From a virus (taxonomy: Duplodnaviria; Heunggongvirae; Uroviricota; Caudoviricetes), in the IMG/VR virus record IMGVR_UViG_2617270976_000013, positions 1 to 18,202 of that record: a stretch of 18,202 nt of DNA; one strand, written 5' to 3'. Under the pieces are notes generated by a model, which was given only the letters and a program-made list of their open reading frames with translations, had not been told where the DNA came from and ran no database searches. Every line of letters begins with the position of its first letter. Positions within the stretch are counted from its first letter, which is position 1. Made by a program: the position numbers and the translations under genes. Shown one piece after another: positions 15,809-18,202 of this stretch.

Positions 15809-15964
15809 ATGATTGATGACGGCGTGGTGTCCCGTATTGATCTGGATATCCGCCGCACCGGGATTAATGAACTGGGTAACAGTATCACTCTCTGGCGTCG
15901 TGACGGACCGGTAATGATTTCTTTTGATGATCTGTGGAGTGCGATAACGCATGGCGGACAGTGA
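15809..15964 (+). pseudogene. truncated ORF overlapping the J start, possibly the 3' remnant of an upstream baseplate gene
   Basis: Open frame from the stop at 15737 to 15964 encoding ...MIDDGVVSRIDLDIRRTGINELGNSITLWRRDGPVMISFDDLWSAITHGGQ; overlaps J by 14 nt as upstream baseplate genes often do; no SD or N-terminal domain. Confidence 0.3.
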
Positions 15965-16871
15965 ATTTCAGCGCCCGACGCTGGCAGAAAATATCAGTAT
16001 GCTCCGTAACGATTTATTCGCCAGGCTGGACGTCAGCGACACGCTCCGGCGCATGGATGAAGACGTGCGGGCAAAGGTGTATGCGGCGGCGCTGCATACG
16101 GTTTACGGTTACATCGATTATCTGGCAATGAACATGCTGCCTGACCTGTGCGATGAGTCCTGGCTGGCGCGACATGCTGCGATGAAACGGTGTCCGCGCA
16201 AGGGGGCCACGGCTGCCAGCGGGTATATGCGCTGGGAAGGTGTCAGCGATGGCCTGAAGGTGACTGCCGGGAGTGTTATTCAGCGCGATGACCTGGTTCA
16301 GTACACGGCAACTGCCGATGCAACCAGCTCCGGTGGTGTCCTGCGCGTGCCGATCGCCTGCTCAAGTGCAGGCGCGGTCGGTAACGCTGACGACGGTACG
16401 TCATTAATCCTGGTCACGCCGGTGAATGGTCTGCCGTCTTCCGGCGTGGCAGACACTCTGACAGGTGGATTTGATACTGAAGAGCTGGAAACGTGGCGCG
16501 CCCGCGTCATTGAGCGGTATTACTGGACGCCTCAGGGCGGGGCTGACGGGGACTATGTTGTCTGGGCTAAAGAAGTGCCAGGCATTACCCGTGCATGGAC
16601 ATACCGCCACTGGATGGGAACGGGGACTGTCGGTGTGATGATTGCCAGCAGTGACCTGATTAATCCCATTCCGGAAGAATCAACGGAAACGGCGGCAAGA
16701 CAACACATTGAGCCACTGGCCCCGGTGGCAGGCTCTGATTTGTATGTATTCAGGCCGGTGGCGCATAAAGTGGATTTTCATATCCGCGTGACGCCGGACA
16801 CACTGGAAATACGGGCTGCCATCACCGCCGAGTTGCGTTCGTTCCTGCTGCGTGATGGTTATCCGGAGTAA
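15951..16871 (+). CDS. baseplate assembly protein J-like (P2 gpJ family)
   Basis: 306-aa product MADSEFQRPTLAENISMLRNDLFARLDVSDTLRRMDEDVRAKVYAAALHTVYGYIDYLAMNMLPDL... recognised as the P2 J / e14 JayE baseplate family. Confidence 0.8.
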   Translation: MADSEFQRPTLAENISMLRNDLFARLDVSDTLRRMDEDVRAKVYAAALHTVYGYIDYLAMNMLPDLCDESWLARHAAMKRCPRKGATAASGYMRWEGVSDGLKVTAGSVIQRDDLVQYTATADATSSGGVLRVPIACSSAGAVGNADDGTSLILVTPVNGLPSSGVADTLTGGFDTEELETWRARVIERYYWTPQGGADGDYVVWAKEVPGITRAWTYRHWMGTGTVGVMIASSDLINPIPEESTETAARQHIEPLAPVAGSDLYVFRPVAHKVDFHIRVTPDTLEIRAAITAELRSFLLRDGYPE

Positions 16872-17095
16872 TCCATGCATCGTATAGATACGAAAGACAG
16901 CTATTAATTAATCAGGCCAACGAATACATGAACAGTAAACAATGGCCCGGTAAAACCGCTATTGGTCGTCTGAAAGGCGAGGAACTGGCGCAATATAATT
17001 CGTGGCTGGATTATCTGGACGCACTGGAGCTGGTTGATACCTCCAGTGTGCCAGATATTGAATGGCCTACGCCTCCGGCAGTTCAGGCCAGATGA
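16872..17095 (+). pseudogene. tail fibre assembly protein remnant (C-terminal part only)
   Basis: Frame open from the J stop encodes ...ERQLLINQANEYMNSKQWPGKTAIGRLKGEELAQYNSWLDYLDALELVDTSSVPDIEWPTPPAVQAR, the conserved C-terminal region of Tfa chaperones, with no N-terminal domain; converges on and overlaps the complete tfa on the other strand. Confidence 0.5.
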
Positions 17096-17669
17096 CATCA
17101 GGCGCGGTGCTGGTATCAGTTGCCGTCACCGCGTCAATGTAATCCAGCACAGCGTTAAGGCTGGTTGTTTCTGCCTGCGTCAGTTTACGTCCGGCCTGCA
17201 ATTTCAGCTGAATCAGACTGATTGAAGCCATTGCAGTATCAATCAGTGACTGGCGCTGTGCTTCTGCTGCATCTACTGCGGCGCTATGCTGTGCTTCGGT
17301 ATCCGTCACCCATTTCTCACCATCCCATTTATCGTATGGCGTTAACGGGGCGATAGTGGTTGTATTATCAGGGTAATCACCCGGAGCTGTGATTTCTTTT
17401 GACTCTCCCGTTTTGGTGCTATAGACGATTTCACCGCGATGGTCTGGCACATATTCCCATGAGTTAAAATTTGCAGAACGACAGATAGCATAACCCGCCT
17501 TATGTGTGCCAGGGGCATCTAAACAGGAATATGCAGGAATACCGACACCAATGGCAAGATATTCAGTTGATGCTGAAATATATTCCTGCGTCTCACTATC
17601 ATAGTTATAAACGGTAATATCCCCCGACTTTGTAGCAATAAGCTCACTATTTAATATTGCTTTATCCAT
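17067..17669 (-). CDS. tfa: tail fibre assembly protein (Tfa chaperone)
   Basis: 200-aa product ending ...QSLIDTAMASISLIQLKLQAGRKLTQAETTSLNAVLDYIDAVTATDTSTAPDVIWPELPEA, the characteristic Tfa C-terminus; start overlaps the stop of the upstream tail-fibre ORF (TAATG). Confidence 0.85.
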   Translation of the reverse strand: MDKAILNSELIATKSGDITVYNYDSETQEYISASTEYLAIGVGIPAYSCLDAPGTHKAGYAICRSANFNSWEYVPDHRGEIVYSTKTGESKEITAPGDYPDNTTTIAPLTPYDKWDGEKWVTDTEAQHSAAVDAAEAQRQSLIDTAMASISLIQLKLQAGRKLTQAETTSLNAVLDYIDAVTATDTSTAPDVIWPELPEA

Positions 17670-18202
17670 TATGCTGCTCTCACGATATAGTTAAATGCAA
17701 TGTTTCGAGGGCGATTCTCTGATGCTGTTGGTACAACCCTGGATGCATCAAAACTGAATCCTGTGTAAGGGGTATTTTTTGTTTCATATGTGCCTAGGTT
17801 ATTATAGATATTTCGCGTAGCTTGAGATGCTAAGGCAAAAGCACCAGTACCAGTCTGTAACCTGAAAGTTGCTGTATCAATGGTGCCTTTAACTTCATTT
17901 ATAAATCCTGTTATATTCCGAATGGTATCTCCCTGTGACGAAAGCAAGCTACGGTTAGTATCAATCCCTCTTCCATCATCCCAGCCACGAATAAACTCAC
18001 CGCGTAAATCAGGCAATTTATTTGTCGGGTAAACCTTTGCCAGTTCCGGGTATTCTTCAGCAGAAAAAGCCGCCCCGTTGCATTTCAGCCAGCCTGTTGG
18101 CGGAGTGGCGGAAGGCCACGGAACAGGCACGCCAACGGGTAATGCCGAACCTTCTCCCAAACCAACGTTTATGAAAATGCAGAAATAACGAGCAAATGGC
18201 AT
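17669..18202 (-). CDS. tail fibre protein, C-terminal (variable) segment with tail-collar domain
   Basis: 177-aa product containing LPDLRGEFIRGWDDGRGIDTNRSL (tail-collar signature); only 177 aa, so it cannot be a whole fibre; the ATG sits at the last bases of the window. Confidence 0.75.
   Translation of the reverse strand: MPFARYFCIFINVGLGEGSALPVGVPVPWPSATPPTGWLKCNGAAFSAEEYPELAKVYPTNKLPDLRGEFIRGWDDGRGIDTNRSLLSSQGDTIRNITGFINEVKGTIDTATFRLQTGTGAFALASQATRNIYNNLGTYETKNTPYTGFSFDASRVVPTASENRPRNIAFNYIVRAA
18152..18177. other. candidate DNA-invertase crossover site (hix/gix/pix-like)
   Basis: TTCTCCCAAACCAACGTTTATGAAAA: 26 bp, imperfect dyad around an AAACC-AA-CGTTT core; resembles hixL (TTCTTGAAAACCAAGGTTTTTGATAA) recalled from memory; lies within the 5' end of the tail-fibre segment. 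Confidence 0.5.

Larger units (their letters stand above)
1445..18202. mobile_element. mosaic lambdoid prophage integrated at thrW (left end attL; continues beyond window end; appears defective)
   Basis: Integrase directly abuts the tRNA 3' end; downstream gene content is entirely phage-derived (xis, Red recombination, CI/Cro, O, nin, Q, lysis, bor, tail remnants). Confidence 0.85.

Noticed and set aside
16298-17098. Minus-strand ORFs (70, 68, 66, 64 aa) inside and just after the J-like gene
   Set aside because: Antisense to J or to the tfa remnant, with no start signals or family resemblance.

Overview
Enterobacterial (E. coli-type) chromosome: the window starts with a complete proA, followed by tRNA-Thr(CGU) (thrW), and then a mosaic lambdoid prophage integrated at the 3' end of thrW that runs to the window end. 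Leftward arm: P22-type integrase and excisionase, an accessory cluster (92-aa unknown, TraR/DksA-like zinc finger, 71-aa unknown, a 250-aa protein with TGT-superfamily motifs, orf60a-like), then lambda-type Red genes exo, bet and gam. Immunity region: S24-peptidase CI-like repressor, YdaS-like Cro and YdaT-like CII analogue, with operator-like repeats on both sides and a boxA-like element after cro. Rightward arm: O-type replication initiator with iterons inside the gene, no recognisable helicase loader, a nin region (ninB, ninE, ybcO-like, rusA, ylcG, Q-like antiterminator), an oppositely oriented porin moron, a phage-21-type lysis cassette (pinholin, SAR endolysin, Rz/Rz1) and bor. No terminase, portal, capsid or tail-shaft genes are present; bor is followed directly by remnants of an e14/P2-like baseplate and tail-fibre module (truncated upstream ORF, J-like gene, tail-fibre-assembly fragment, complete tfa, tail-fibre C-terminal segment with an invertase crossover-like site). 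The most notable observations are the candidate DpdA-like TGT-fold protein, a single-base frameshift that disrupts both spanin genes, and the absence of a clear N gene or helicase loader. All functional calls are from reading translations and motifs from memory; no database search was run.
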